Below, piece after piece: positions 18,868-28,643 of a stretch of 64,000 nucleotides of DNA. The notes under the pieces are model-generated. The model was not told where the DNA came from, made no database searches, and was given only the letters and a program-made list of their open reading frames with translations. Both the position numbers and the translations under genes were made by a program. The DNA lies in the NCBI GenBank assembly GCA_039028615.1, contig JBCCHT010000041.1, forward strand, positions 44,132-108,131, read 5' to 3'. Numbering within the stretch: position 1 is the stretch's first letter; every line of letters starts with the position of its first letter. The stretch comes from Myxococcota bacterium (GTDB taxonomy: Bacteria; Myxococcota_A; Polyangia; Nannocystales; Nannocystaceae).

Positions 18868-19803
18868 TTACTGTAGGTGTGAACCTCGATGCGCAGACTG
18901 TGTCACACCCTGCGCAGGCGCGTCGACCTCGCGGGGTCGATTTCGTGAACTGGCCGAGATCGCCGTTCGAGCGAAGCTCACGACGCGATCGGTGACGGCC
19001 TGGGGCTGCTCGAGGTAGCCGCAGTGCCCAAAGTCGTTCCAGATCTCCACCTGCGCTTCTTGCGGAAGATGGCGGAGGAAGAACTGCAGACTGGAGGGGG
19101 GAAGGATTCGTTCCTGGCGTCCCCAGAGCATCAGGGTGGGCATCGAGAGCCCGGACAGCTCCTCGGGTCGCAGCAGGTCGTCGGTGTCGAGGCTGTCGAG
19201 CATGCGCCGCAGCTGCTCGTTGGTGAAGCGCCCTCGGATCGCGTGGGCGAGCACGTGACGGAAGCCGGGCGGAGAGCTGGCGAGCATGCGGTCGACGAAG
19301 CGCAGCGCCTCGCCGTGCCGATCGACGCGGAAGGAATCGAGGAGCTGTTGCAAGCCCTGGTCATCCATCGGCGCGCCGCCGGGGCACACGAGCACCAGAC
19401 CACGAACCTTGTGGGGCGAGCGGGCGGCGTAGCGAATCGCTCCGAAGCCACCCATGGAGGTGCCGAGCAAGATGACCGGCTCGTCGATGAGTCGATCGAG
19501 CACCTCGAACATGCCGTCTTGCATCGTCTGCCGACAAAGGCCCTGCGGCGGGACTTCGCTGAAGCCGTGACCGGGGCAGTCGGGTGCGACGAGCCGACGG
19601 GTATGAGGAGCAAAGCGCCGCAGCAATCCCATGTAGGAGATGGCATTGGCCGAGAAGCCATGGAGCATGACGACCGGCGGCAGGTCACCGCGGCCGGGGC
19701 CATCGAGCGCATGCAGCCGACCCACGCTGGTCTCCAGCCAACGGCTTCGCAGTCCCCAGGCGTTGAGGACTCGTCTCGCTATGCGTTCGGACCGGGTCAG
19801 CAT
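18868..19803 (-). CDS. Alpha/beta-fold hydrolase (lipase/esterase-like)
   Basis: LHGF, PDCPGHGFS, GTSMGG nucleophile elbow, WGRQE, GHCGYLE. Confidence 0.9.
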   Translation of the reverse strand: MLTRSERIARRVLNAWGLRSRWLETSVGRLHALDGPGRGDLPPVVMLHGFSANAISYMGLLRRFAPHTRRLVAPDCPGHGFSEVPPQGLCRQTMQDGMFEVLDRLIDEPVILLGTSMGGFGAIRYAARSPHKVRGLVLVCPGGAPMDDQGLQQLLDSFRVDRHGEALRFVDRMLASSPPGFRHVLAHAIRGRFTNEQLRRMLDSLDTDDLLRPEELSGLSMPTLMLWGRQERILPPSSLQFFLRHLPQEAQVEIWNDFGHCGYLEQPQAVTDRVVSFARTAISASSRNRPREVDAPAQGVTQSAHRGSHLQ

Positions 19804-19958
19804 CGGACGAAGACCATCCAAGCAATTTGGACGCCGACCTGTCCATAAGTCGTCGTTTTTGGCGGGTGCAGCTGTGGCACGGATCACAGGGTCGCGCAGC
19901 CTCGTGCGCACGCTCGCCGTGCACTACGGTGCGCAGTCGCGATCGGATCGCCGCCCGT

Positions 19959-20723
19959 TCAACGTTCGCGGGCGTGATCGCGGTAGTAGTCGACGACCGA
20001 CTCCGCCAAGCCGTCGATCACCAAACCGCGCTGCGCACCATCGAGCAAGCGACGGCCTTCGTGCGGGTGATCGAGGAAGCCCGCTTCGAAGAGCACGGCC
20101 GGCATGCGAGCGCCCATCAACACATCGAAGCCCGCCTGCTTCACGCCACGGTCGACCCGGCCGGGAAAGCGCTCCGCTTGTTCTTGCTGGATGCGTCGAG
20201 CGAAGCCCATCGCACGCGCGCGATGGGTGATGAGCTCGAGCTCCCGAACCATGGTCATCGCCTGGGCCCGGGCCGCCTCGCCCTCGTCGGTGCCCCGCGC
20301 GGTCACGGCGGTGTCCCGCTCGGCCAGGTCGAGGTCGAGGACGTAGGTCTCGAAACCGGTCTGTGGGCCGGCTCCCGAGGCGTTCGCGTGCAGGCTGATC
20401 ATCAGGTCGGCCTCCGCTGCATTGGCCCGCGCCACCCGCTCGGCCAGGGTCACCGTTTCGTCGCCGGTCCGGGTCAACACCACCGTGGCGTGGGGAAGCC
20501 GCTGGGCCAGCGCCCGACGCAGCTCTTGGGCCATGGCCAGGGTCACGTCCTTTTCGCGTATCTCCCCGTCAAAGGCCACGCAGCCGCCGTTGGTGCCGCC
20601 GTGGCCCGGGTCGATCGCAATCACGAAGGACCGCTCCACCACAGGAACGGGCCCCGCTGTCGCCCCGATATCGGGGGTCAGAGCCAACAGACCGAGGGCC
20701 AACAGGGCGCTTCCCAATCGCAT
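19959..20723 (-). CDS. N-acetylmuramoyl-L-alanine amidase (Amidase_3)
   Basis: Signal peptide; IDPGHGG, EKDVTL, LTR, ISLHAN and LFEAGF zinc/catalytic motifs. Confidence 0.93.
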   Translation of the reverse strand: MRLGSALLALGLLALTPDIGATAGPVPVVERSFVIAIDPGHGGTNGGCVAFDGEIREKDVTLAMAQELRRALAQRLPHATVVLTRTGDETVTLAERVARANAAEADLMISLHANASGAGPQTGFETYVLDLDLAERDTAVTARGTDEGEAARAQAMTMVRELELITHRARAMGFARRIQQEQAERFPGRVDRGVKQAGFDVLMGARMPAVLFEAGFLDHPHEGRRLLDGAQRGLVIDGLAESVVDYYRDHARER

Positions 20724-20799
20724 ATCCTACATGTAGGGCAATCAGCTCCAGATCGAAAATATCCCTCGAAACGTCCAGGATGCTAGACCTCGTCCGTTC

Positions 20800-22395
20800 G
20801 TGCCGCGTCCGCACTCCACCGCGCCAATCCTTGCGGCGACTGCGCTGATCGGTGGCGTCCTCCAGATCATGGCCACCGTGATGCTGGGGCTCGCGCCGCT
20901 GGAGCAGCTGCGCGTCGTCGAGGCCGAGGGTGCCCGCCCTTACCTGCTCGGCATGTTCGCCACCATCGTCGGGCTCGTGGTCGTGTGGTTTCTGCGGCGC
21001 AAGCCGTTGATCGCGGTGGTGGTGCTGCTCGCGTGGCAAGGCGCCGTGTTCTGGCCGCTGAGCGCACGCACCAGCTCGCTCGGCCTCGCCTTCCACGGCG
21101 AGTACGTGATGCACCACTTCACCGGGCTCGTCGCCGCGGCGACGTGCATCGCGGTCGCCAGCAGCTGGGTGCGGCAGCCCGACCTGGGGCGAGCCCGGCT
21201 CGTTCCGGCCGCGCTTGTGATCGCGGGTGCGTTGTCGCTGCTGGCCGCCCATGTGCTCGAGCAACCGAGCATCGGCGAGCGCGGGTGGCCGTGGCTCGAG
21301 CGCGGAGGCGCAGCGGCCTTGCTGCTCGCGTGGGGCCTGGCGTTGGCGACGATGGGCCGCCATCACTCTCCCGGTCGGCTGCGCATCGTGGCCGCGGTGT
21401 TGTTGGTGCCGTTCTTGGTGCGGGTGGCCTACGCGTGGCCCGAAGGCCTGGCCGGCGCCTCGGTGGTCGACGAAGGCCGCACGCCACTGATGATCGCGAT
21501 GTTCATCGCGGCCATGACCACCTTCGCGTTGTTCCGTCCGAACCTCGCCCCCAGCATTCGCACGCTGGTGCTGGCGTTCTCCGGGCTCGCCGCGCTGCTG
21601 ATGTACTACTTTTATCGGCACGGCTTCGGCGAGCTCGAGGCCGGCCTGGGTGGGCTCGCGCAGTCGATGTTCGCGTTCTCCCTCCCCTACCCCACCTATC
21701 TTCCCGCCTGGAAGGTCTGGGGCGTCATGCTGGGGCTGTTTGCGATGTTCGGCTCCGCGTACGCGGGGCTGGTCAGCTCGACGCAGCGGGCCCGCGGCCT
21801 CGCCCTGGCGCTGCTGGTGGTGACCGGGCTGGGCCTGTCCACGCCGCCCTTGGTGCTGATGACCGCCGCGGGCGCCCTGCTGTGGATCGACTCGCTGCTC
21901 GATACGCCCGTCATCACCCCCGCGGCCGCGCCCACGATGCCGATGACCGACATCATCCAGGACGCCGCCGCGCAGCTCGACGCGCCCGGGCTGGTGGTGA
22001 TCGATGACGGCAACGAGTCGCTGCTCGCCATGCGCGGTGACGTCAACGACACCACGGTCGATCTTCGCGCTCGACGATCACGGCGCGGCGAGTGGGAGCT
22101 GACCTTGCAGGTCGGCGTGCTCGGCCGCAGCCGCCCCATGCTGCGGCTCATCCCCGAGCTGGGCGACGCGGGCCATCGCCCCGCGCACCTGCTCGGCCGT
22201 ACGCACTTCGCCCAGGGTCAGGTCCGCAACCTCGAGCTGCTGGACGACTCGCTCTTCGACGCGCTGATGCCCTTCCGGCAGGCCCACGTCGAGTTCTGGG
22301 ACGCGGGCACCCGGGTACGGCTCGGGGCCGCGCTCGGCAAGCTCGACGGCCAGACGCTCGCGACGCTCATTCGCGAGCTGACCTCGATGGATTGA
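20800..22395 (+). CDS. Hypothetical polytopic membrane protein with a soluble C-terminal domain
   Basis: About 12 hydrophobic segments followed by about 160 hydrophilic residues. Confidence 0.8.
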   Translation: MPRPHSTAPILAATALIGGVLQIMATVMLGLAPLEQLRVVEAEGARPYLLGMFATIVGLVVVWFLRRKPLIAVVVLLAWQGAVFWPLSARTSSLGLAFHGEYVMHHFTGLVAAATCIAVASSWVRQPDLGRARLVPAALVIAGALSLLAAHVLEQPSIGERGWPWLERGGAAALLLAWGLALATMGRHHSPGRLRIVAAVLLVPFLVRVAYAWPEGLAGASVVDEGRTPLMIAMFIAAMTTFALFRPNLAPSIRTLVLAFSGLAALLMYYFYRHGFGELEAGLGGLAQSMFAFSLPYPTYLPAWKVWGVMLGLFAMFGSAYAGLVSSTQRARGLALALLVVTGLGLSTPPLVLMTAAGALLWIDSLLDTPVITPAAAPTMPMTDIIQDAAAQLDAPGLVVIDDGNESLLAMRGDVNDTTVDLRARRSRRGEWELTLQVGVLGRSRPMLRLIPELGDAGHRPAHLLGRTHFAQGQVRNLELLDDSLFDALMPFRQAHVEFWDAGTRVRLGAALGKLDGQTLATLIRELTSMD

Positions 22396-22402
22396 TCGCT
22401 CG

Positions 22403-22732
22403 TCAGTTCGACGAGAAGTAGTAGCGCATGGCCTCGAACCAGCCGGGCTTGCCCGCGAGCTGCTCGAGCTCACCGTCGTCGAGGTAGACGCCACCGCAGC
22501 TGAAGCACTTGTCGACCTTGACCCCGCGGAAGGTGATCTCGTCGAGGCTCATCCCGCACTTGGGGCAGCGCATCCAATGAGCGGTCTTGAGCTCGGAGCG
22601 CTCGGTCTCGGTGAGTTCGCCGTGATCGCGCTCGCGCTCGGCTCGACGACGATCGAGCTCCTCGCGTGAATGTTGATCGCTGGCGCCTTCGCTCACCCTT
22701 CCTTGTTCGCCCGTCGCGTGGGTCCCCGTCAA
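22403..22732 (-). CDS. Small zinc-ribbon protein (zf-TFIIB-like)
   Basis: MRCPKCG...VKVDKCFSCGGVYLDDGELEQL; start uncertain. Confidence 0.85.
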   Translation of the reverse strand: MTGTHATGEQGRVSEGASDQHSREELDRRRAERERDHGELTETERSELKTAHWMRCPKCGMSLDEITFRGVKVDKCFSCGGVYLDDGELEQLAGKPGWFEAMRYYFSSN

Positions 22733-22825
22733 CTGGTTTCGAGACGTGCGCGGTTGTGCGACCCGCCGACCGCCGCCATGGGCGAGGCAACGAAGTTCGA
22801 GCGGACCGCGGAAGGCCCGACCGGA

Positions 22826-25285
22826 TCAGCCGTGCTTCTCGACGTAGGCCAACGCGGTGGGATCCCGCGGGCGCAGCTCGAGCAGCTTGCGGTAGTGGCC
22901 GACCGCCTTGGAGGTCTGCCCCATCTTCGCCGCCGCCTTGGCCGCCTGTCGGACGGCCGGAGCAAAGCTCGGCGACTTGCGGAGGATCTTCTCGAAGCTC
23001 TCGAGCGCCTGGCCGGTCCGGCCCTGCTTGGCCTGGGCCAGACCCATGCACAGCTGGAGGTCGAGATCTCCGGGGCGCCGGGCCTTGGCCTTGCGCAGCA
23101 GCTCGAGGCCGTTCTTCACGTCGCCCGAGTCGACGGCATCGCAGCCGCGACCGATGAGTGAATCGACGGACTCGGTCTTGGGCTTGCGCGCCGCCGGGGC
23201 CTTGCCCGACTCCGACTCCGCCGCTCCGCCGGAGCCACTGTCGCCCGCGGTCTCACTGCCACCGGTCGTGCTTCCTGCCGCGGTCTCGGCCCCGCCTTCG
23301 CTGTCCTTGGGGGGCGGCTGGGCACCGGTGCCCGCGGGGGTCGGCGTACCAGCGGTCGCCGTCCCGGCCACGCTCGGGGTCGACCCGGCGGCGCCGCCCT
23401 TCACCAGGGCCATCGCGGTGGGCTGCCCGGGCACCTTGTCGAGCACGGCCTGCGCCACGGTGCGGGCCTTGGCCTCGTCGCCCGCTCGCTTGTAGGCCAC
23501 CGCCAGGGTCAGCTGGGCCAGGGCGCTGCGCTCGGGCAAGCCTTCGAGGCCCGCGATGACGCCGTCGGGCAGGGCAGCCGCGGGGTCGCGCCACAGCGGC
23601 GCGGCATCGACCAGCGGGCGAAGCTCGCCGCTGCCGTCCTCGGGCAGCAGCGGGAGAATCTCGGCGGCGGGTCGCCCCTGCGCCAGGCGCATGCGAGCCC
23701 GCACTCGCGTCATGTTGGTGCGATCGGCGACGTCGTCGACCACCACGCTGCCCAGGATCCGGGTGGCTCGCTCGACGTCGTCGGAGGCCGTGTCCGAGCC
23801 CTCCACGCCGACCGCCGCGCCCAGGGCATGATCGATCGCCCGCGTGGACAGCAGCTCGACCTGAGCGAGCTTCATGGCGGCCACGCCCGAAGCCGGAGTG
23901 CCGCCTGCGTCGAGCCGCGCCTGCAGGGCCGCCTCGGCCTCGCCCAGCGCGACCGGGTCGAGGCTCGCCATGGCGGACCGAGCCGCGTCGAGCTCTTCGA
24001 GCTTGGCGACCTCGTCGTCGCCCTTGCCCGCCAGCTGCCCGGCGAAGTCGAGGACCTTGGTGCGAATGCTGGGCACGCCGAAGACCACCGCGACGCCGGC
24101 CAGCAACCCCAGGCCGGCCACCCACGGCCAGGTGCGGCGCGGAGGCTTGTCGGAGGGCCCGGCGATGTCGCGGGCGAAGGTCTTTTGGCGGCGACGGGGT
24201 CCGCCCGGCGCCGAGCCGAGCTTGGACGACTCGGCGGGCTCGCGACGGCTTCGCTTGGGACCGCTCGGCTCGCGCGGGCTGACTCGCGGACGCTCGACGG
24301 CGATGGCCGAGCTGCGAACCTGGGCGCTCTCGGCCGCATCGGGCTCACGCGGCCGGACGGGGACGGGGACCTCTTCCTCGTCGTCGTCCTTCGCCTCGGG
24401 CTCGTCGGTCTCGTCCGGCTCGGCATCCGCGTCGACGCGGTTGGTCACCGACTCGAGCATCGACTTCACGTCGTTGGGGACCTCGTCGGCGCCGTAGATC
24501 AGCGTGGTCTTGGCCGGGCGTGGCGGAGGCTCGACCGGAGCCTGCTCGCTCACCTCCGCGATCTTGTCGACGCGCGCGGTCGGAGTGTACGGACGCGGGC
24601 GCAATCGCACCGCCGACTCGTCCATCATCGCGGCCGCTTCTTCGGGCGACAGCTCGGGCTCGGGCTCGAGCTCTTCCGAGTCGATGCCCACCTCGGCCAT
24701 CGGGAACGGCATCGGCCCCGAGGTCTCCGCGCGCTCCTCGGGCTCTTCGGGGGGAACGGTGGTGCGCTCGGACTCCGGCTCGACGGCGGGCGCGAGCGTG
24801 GCCGACGGCATCAGCTGGTCGAGCCCGGGCGTGTCGACGACCAGGATGTCGGTGTCGACCCCCTGGACGACGGGCATCGTGCCACCGAAGCTCGGCGGCG
24901 GACCCAGCTCATCGATCGCGGACGAAGGGTTCTCGGCCGGGTCGACCCGCTCGTAGACCTGCGGAAGATCGGAGAAGCCCGAGAACACGTCCGAGAACTC
25001 GGGCATGTCTCCCAGGCGCAGCCAGTGCCGACCCGTTCGCGACACCATGTCGTCCGGGTGTAGGCGCCCCTCCTCGATCCACATCCGAAGTGTGTTGAGG
25101 TCGGGTGCCGTAAACAGCAGGTCTTCGACGGTGCGAATTTGCCACGGGTGTTCGCCCGTGCCCTGCGGGGGCTCGACGGGGAAGACGTAGCCACACACCG
25201 AGCAGCGTACGGTCGCACCCTCGGGACCAATCTGCTGGTCTTCGAGTGAGAACTCGGTGTGGCAGTTCGCGCAACGAACGATCAA
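22826..25285 (-). CDS. Zn-ribbon (MJ0042-type)/GYF-like/TM/TPR protein, AgmX/GltJ-like N-terminus
   Basis: MIVRCANC..F...QIGPEGATVRCSVCGYVF; LRMWIEEGRLHPDDMVSRTGRHWLRLGDMPEF (GYF_2-like); long acidic Pro-rich linker; one TM helix; C-terminal TPRs. Confidence 0.85.
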   Translation of the reverse strand: MIVRCANCHTEFSLEDQQIGPEGATVRCSVCGYVFPVEPPQGTGEHPWQIRTVEDLLFTAPDLNTLRMWIEEGRLHPDDMVSRTGRHWLRLGDMPEFSDVFSGFSDLPQVYERVDPAENPSSAIDELGPPPSFGGTMPVVQGVDTDILVVDTPGLDQLMPSATLAPAVEPESERTTVPPEEPEERAETSGPMPFPMAEVGIDSEELEPEPELSPEEAAAMMDESAVRLRPRPYTPTARVDKIAEVSEQAPVEPPPRPAKTTLIYGADEVPNDVKSMLESVTNRVDADAEPDETDEPEAKDDDEEEVPVPVRPREPDAAESAQVRSSAIAVERPRVSPREPSGPKRSRREPAESSKLGSAPGGPRRRQKTFARDIAGPSDKPPRRTWPWVAGLGLLAGVAVVFGVPSIRTKVLDFAGQLAGKGDDEVAKLEELDAARSAMASLDPVALGEAEAALQARLDAGGTPASGVAAMKLAQVELLSTRAIDHALGAAVGVEGSDTASDDVERATRILGSVVVDDVADRTNMTRVRARMRLAQGRPAAEILPLLPEDGSGELRPLVDAAPLWRDPAAALPDGVIAGLEGLPERSALAQLTLAVAYKRAGDEAKARTVAQAVLDKVPGQPTAMALVKGGAAGSTPSVAGTATAGTPTPAGTGAQPPPKDSEGGAETAAGSTTGGSETAGDSGSGGAAESESGKAPAARKPKTESVDSLIGRGCDAVDSGDVKNGLELLRKAKARRPGDLDLQLCMGLAQAKQGRTGQALESFEKILRKSPSFAPAVRQAAKAAAKMGQTSKAVGHYRKLLELRPRDPTALAYVEKHG

Positions 25286-25345
25286 CGGCCGACCTGCTGG
25301 CGGACGTTAGCATAGGGGGCGTCTGGACCGCGTACGGGCCCAGAG

Positions 25346-25552
25346 TCAGCCCGCGAGCCGGCTGATGATCCCGCCGCCGAAGGCCACGACGACCACCACC
25401 GCCAGCAGAGCGCCGAAGAGCTTCATGGCCTGGGGGATCCCATGGATGGGCTCCAACCCCGCCTCCGCCCCGCAGTTGGGGCACGCCAATGCGGCATCTC
25501 CGTCGTCCGGAGCGGAGAATTCATGATGGCATCGCGCGCAGAGGTAGGACAC
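25346..25552 (-). CDS. Small zinc-ribbon membrane protein
   Basis: YLCARCHHEF...CPNCGAE plus a C-terminal TM helix. Confidence 0.75.
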   Translation of the reverse strand: MSYLCARCHHEFSAPDDGDAALACPNCGAEAGLEPIHGIPQAMKLFGALLAVVVVVAFGGGIISRLAG

Positions 25553-25688
25553 GTCGCCTCTTCCCTACCGAGCGGTCGGGACCCTGTCAAGCAAACCCCG
25601 CGAAGAGCGCCGCAGGTTGCGTCTGTGTTCATGCGGCCTTTTCGCGCGGTTTACGGCCGCGGCTCACGCCGGGTGGCACACTACCGGG

Positions 25689-26405
25689 GTGCGACTGCTG
25701 CTCATCGAGGACGACCCCCGGCTGGCCGAGCACACGGCCGAGTATCTGCGGGACCACGACGCCGAAGTGGAGATCGTGGCCGACGGCGCGGTGGGCCTCG
25801 AGCGAGCCGCCGCGGGGGAGCACGACCTGGTGCTGCTCGACCTGATGCTGCCCGGCCTCGATGGCCTCGAGGTCTGCAAGCAGCTGCGCCAGCGCTCCTC
25901 CATTCCCGTCATCATGCTGACCGCGCGCGGCGACGAGATCGATCGCGTGGTCGGCCTGGAGCTCGGGGCCGACGACTACCTGCCCAAGCCCTTCAGCCCC
26001 CGCGAGCTGCTCGCCCGCATTCGTGCCGTGCTGCGACGCAACGCGGGCACCAGCGATGCGGCCGAGGCCCAGCGGGTGGAGATTGGCCCGCTGCAGATCG
26101 ATCGCGACCGCCGAACCACACAGGTCGGCGAAGCGGCGCTCGAGCTGACCGCCTACCAGTTCGACCTGCTGTGGGTGCTGGCCCGCAGCGCGGGCAAGGT
26201 GCTGTCCCGCGAGCAGCTGCACGCCCACGTCCGACAGCTCCGCGGCGAGCCTTCGATCGAGTTCGACCCCGCCGTCGACCGCTCCATCGACGTGCACATG
26301 AGCAAGGTCCGCGGCGCGCTGAGCTCGGTCGACGCCCGGGCCAAGACCCTGATCCGCACCATTCGCGGCGTGGGCTACGTGCTCAGCGACGAGGACGGAT
26401 CATGA
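25689..26405 (+). CDS. OmpR-family response regulator
   Basis: LLIEDD, LLDLMLPGLDG, MLTARG, GADDYLPKPF, RSIDVHMSKVR, IRTIRGVGY. Confidence 0.95.
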   Translation: MRLLLIEDDPRLAEHTAEYLRDHDAEVEIVADGAVGLERAAAGEHDLVLLDLMLPGLDGLEVCKQLRQRSSIPVIMLTARGDEIDRVVGLELGADDYLPKPFSPRELLARIRAVLRRNAGTSDAAEAQRVEIGPLQIDRDRRTTQVGEAALELTAYQFDLLWVLARSAGKVLSREQLHAHVRQLRGEPSIEFDPAVDRSIDVHMSKVRGALSSVDARAKTLIRTIRGVGYVLSDEDGS

Positions 26406-27847
26406 GCGGCGAACCGGCCAAGACCCCGCGCAAGCGCAGCGGCAGCCTGTTCACGCGGATCTTCCTGACCTTCCTGGCCACCGCGCTCGCCTCCGCGGTC
26501 GTGGCCGCCGTCTCCGGCTACACCTTCGCCACGCGCTTTTCTTCGGAGTGGATCGAGGAGACCACCGCGGCCATCGACGAGCACGCCACGGACTTCCAGG
26601 CCGCGGTCGGAGACGAAGCCGCGCTCGCCCGCGAGGCCCAGGCGCTGGGCGAGAGCCTCGACGCGATGGTCGGCGTCTACGATCGCCGCGGCCATCGCTT
26701 GGCCGGTCGCGGCCGCGGCCGCTTGCCACCCGGCGCGGTCAAGCGCCACCGCCTTCGCAAGGGTCGACCGGTAGTCATGCGCCGCGGCCCCCTCGACCCG
26801 CCCGGCGTCGTCTATGGACTCAAGGACCCGATCACCGGTCGGGTGGCGGCGATGGTCATGGTCATGCCCAGGCGCGGGACTCGAATCTGGGGCCCGCTGA
26901 TCGCCCTGGGCCTGATGATCCCCGTGCTGGGCGCGGGCGCGTGGATCCTCAGCCGCTCGCTCACCCGCCGACTCGCCCGCATCGAGGCCAGCGCCGACCG
27001 CATCGCGCACGGCGAGCTGCGGCATCGCATCGAGCTGGATCGCGAGGTCCCCCGCGACGAGCTCGACCAGCTGGGCGGGGCGTTCAACGAGATGGCCGAG
27101 AAGGTCGAAGCGCTGCTGCAAGGCCAGCGCACGCTGCTGGCCAACGTCAGCCACGAGCTGCGCACGCCCATCGCCCGCATGAAGGTCCTGGTCGAGATCC
27201 TCCAGGAGCGCGTGGTGACGCTGCGCGAGCGCACCGAGGAGTCCCGGCCGATCCAGCGCCTCGACAAGGGCCTGGGCGATCTGTCCACCGACATCGTGGA
27301 GATCGAGACGCTCATCTCCGACTTGCTCACCAGCGGTCGGCTCGAGCTTCGCCACGGCGCCGCCGCGGCCGTGCAGGCGCAGACCATCGCCATCGAGCCG
27401 CTGCTCGAGCGCGTGGCAAACAAGGTGGGCGCCCAGGCCTCGGTGCAGGGCGACCCGACCTTGCATGCCGACCCGCTGCTCGTGGAGCGACTGCTGTCGA
27501 ACCTGCTGGCCAACGCGCGACGGGCCTGCCCCGAGGGCACCATCACCGTCTCCGCGCGGCCCGGCGCCGCCCAGCCCCAGACCGCAGGCGTCCCCGCGAC
27601 CGAGCTCGTCGTCGAAGACCAGGGTCCGGGCGTGGCCGTGGCCGACCGCGAGTCGATCTTCGAGCCCTTCACCCGACTCGATCAGGCCCGCGATCGCGAC
27701 CGTGGCGGGGTCGGGCTGGGGCTGTATCTGTGCCGGCAGATCTGCCTGTCGCACGGCGGCTCGATCGAAGTCACCGACCGCGAAGATGGAGCGCGCGGAG
27801 CCCGTTTCGTCGTACGGCTGCCCTCGCGGCCCCCCGTAGCCTCCTGA
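26402..27847 (+). CDS. HAMP-domain sensor histidine kinase
   Basis: Two TM helices, HAMP domain, SHELRTP H-box, NLLANA, DQGPGV, FEPF, GLGL; ATGA overlap with the response regulator. Confidence 0.95.
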   Translation: MSGEPAKTPRKRSGSLFTRIFLTFLATALASAVVAAVSGYTFATRFSSEWIEETTAAIDEHATDFQAAVGDEAALAREAQALGESLDAMVGVYDRRGHRLAGRGRGRLPPGAVKRHRLRKGRPVVMRRGPLDPPGVVYGLKDPITGRVAAMVMVMPRRGTRIWGPLIALGLMIPVLGAGAWILSRSLTRRLARIEASADRIAHGELRHRIELDREVPRDELDQLGGAFNEMAEKVEALLQGQRTLLANVSHELRTPIARMKVLVEILQERVVTLRERTEESRPIQRLDKGLGDLSTDIVEIETLISDLLTSGRLELRHGAAAAVQAQTIAIEPLLERVANKVGAQASVQGDPTLHADPLLVERLLSNLLANARRACPEGTITVSARPGAAQPQTAGVPATELVVEDQGPGVAVADRESIFEPFTRLDQARDRDRGGVGLGLYLCRQICLSHGGSIEVTDREDGARGARFVVRLPSRPPVAS

Positions 27848-27912
27848 GCGCCACTCGGGGTCCGCGCCGACTGTGGCGCCCACGCACCCACGGGGCGGCT
27901 ATCCTCCGCGCC

Positions 27913-28587
27913 ATGGAGGCCTTCCAACGGGACTTCGTCGATCTGCTCGTCGAGTACGACGTGGTGCGCTTCGGCGAATTCACCCTCAAGTCCGGGCGTC
28001 GCTCGCCATACTTCGTCAACGCGGGGCAGCTTCGCACGGGCGACGCGATCGCTCGCCTGGGTCGCGCCTACGCGGCGCAGCTGCTGCACCAGCGCGTCGC
28101 CTGTGACCTCGTGTTCGGGCCCTCATACAAGGGGGTCCCGCTGGCGGTGGCCCCCGCCGGGGCCATGGCCGCGCGCGGGCACGACGTGGGCTACTGCTTC
28201 GACCGCAAAGAGGCCAAGGACCACGGCGAGGGCGGCACCTTCGTCGGCATGGCGCCGACCGATGGCATGCGCGTGGTCATCGTCGACGACGTGATCACCT
28301 CGGGTCGCTCCATCCGCGAGGCGGCCGAGCTGCTGCGCGGCGCGGCCAACGTCGAGCTGACCGCGGTGGTCATCGCCGTCGACCGCCAAGAGCGAGGCAA
28401 GACCGACCGCAGCACCCTGGCCGAGCTCCGCGACGAGCTGGGCGCGCCGATCCTGCCGCTGCTCACCGTTCGTCAGCTCGTCGACGACCTGCACTCCCGC
28501 ACCGTCGGCGGCCGGCAGATCATCAACGACGACAGCAAGGCCGCCATCGAGGCCTACCTGGCCGAGCACGGCGCCCACGGGGCCTGA
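27913..28587 (+). CDS. pyrE: Orotate phosphoribosyltransferase
   Basis: FGEFTLKSGRRSPYF, FGPSYKG, RKEAKDHGEGG, IVDDVITSG. Confidence 0.96.
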   Translation: MEAFQRDFVDLLVEYDVVRFGEFTLKSGRRSPYFVNAGQLRTGDAIARLGRAYAAQLLHQRVACDLVFGPSYKGVPLAVAPAGAMAARGHDVGYCFDRKEAKDHGEGGTFVGMAPTDGMRVVIVDDVITSGRSIREAAELLRGAANVELTAVVIAVDRQERGKTDRSTLAELRDELGAPILPLLTVRQLVDDLHSRTVGGRQIINDDSKAAIEAYLAEHGAHGA

Positions 28588-28643
28588 GGCCACCGGTCAC
28601 CCGCTCGCCACGAGCCCGAGGATTTTCGCTATCGTCGAGGCTC

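Noticed and set aside
25442..28587. Apparent giant ORFs of 801 aa and 679 aa suggesting kinase or PyrE fusions
   Set aside because: These are open frames typical of high GC. The real starts are 26402 (kinase) and 27913 (pyrE), and the upstream parts are Arg/Pro-rich off-frame translations
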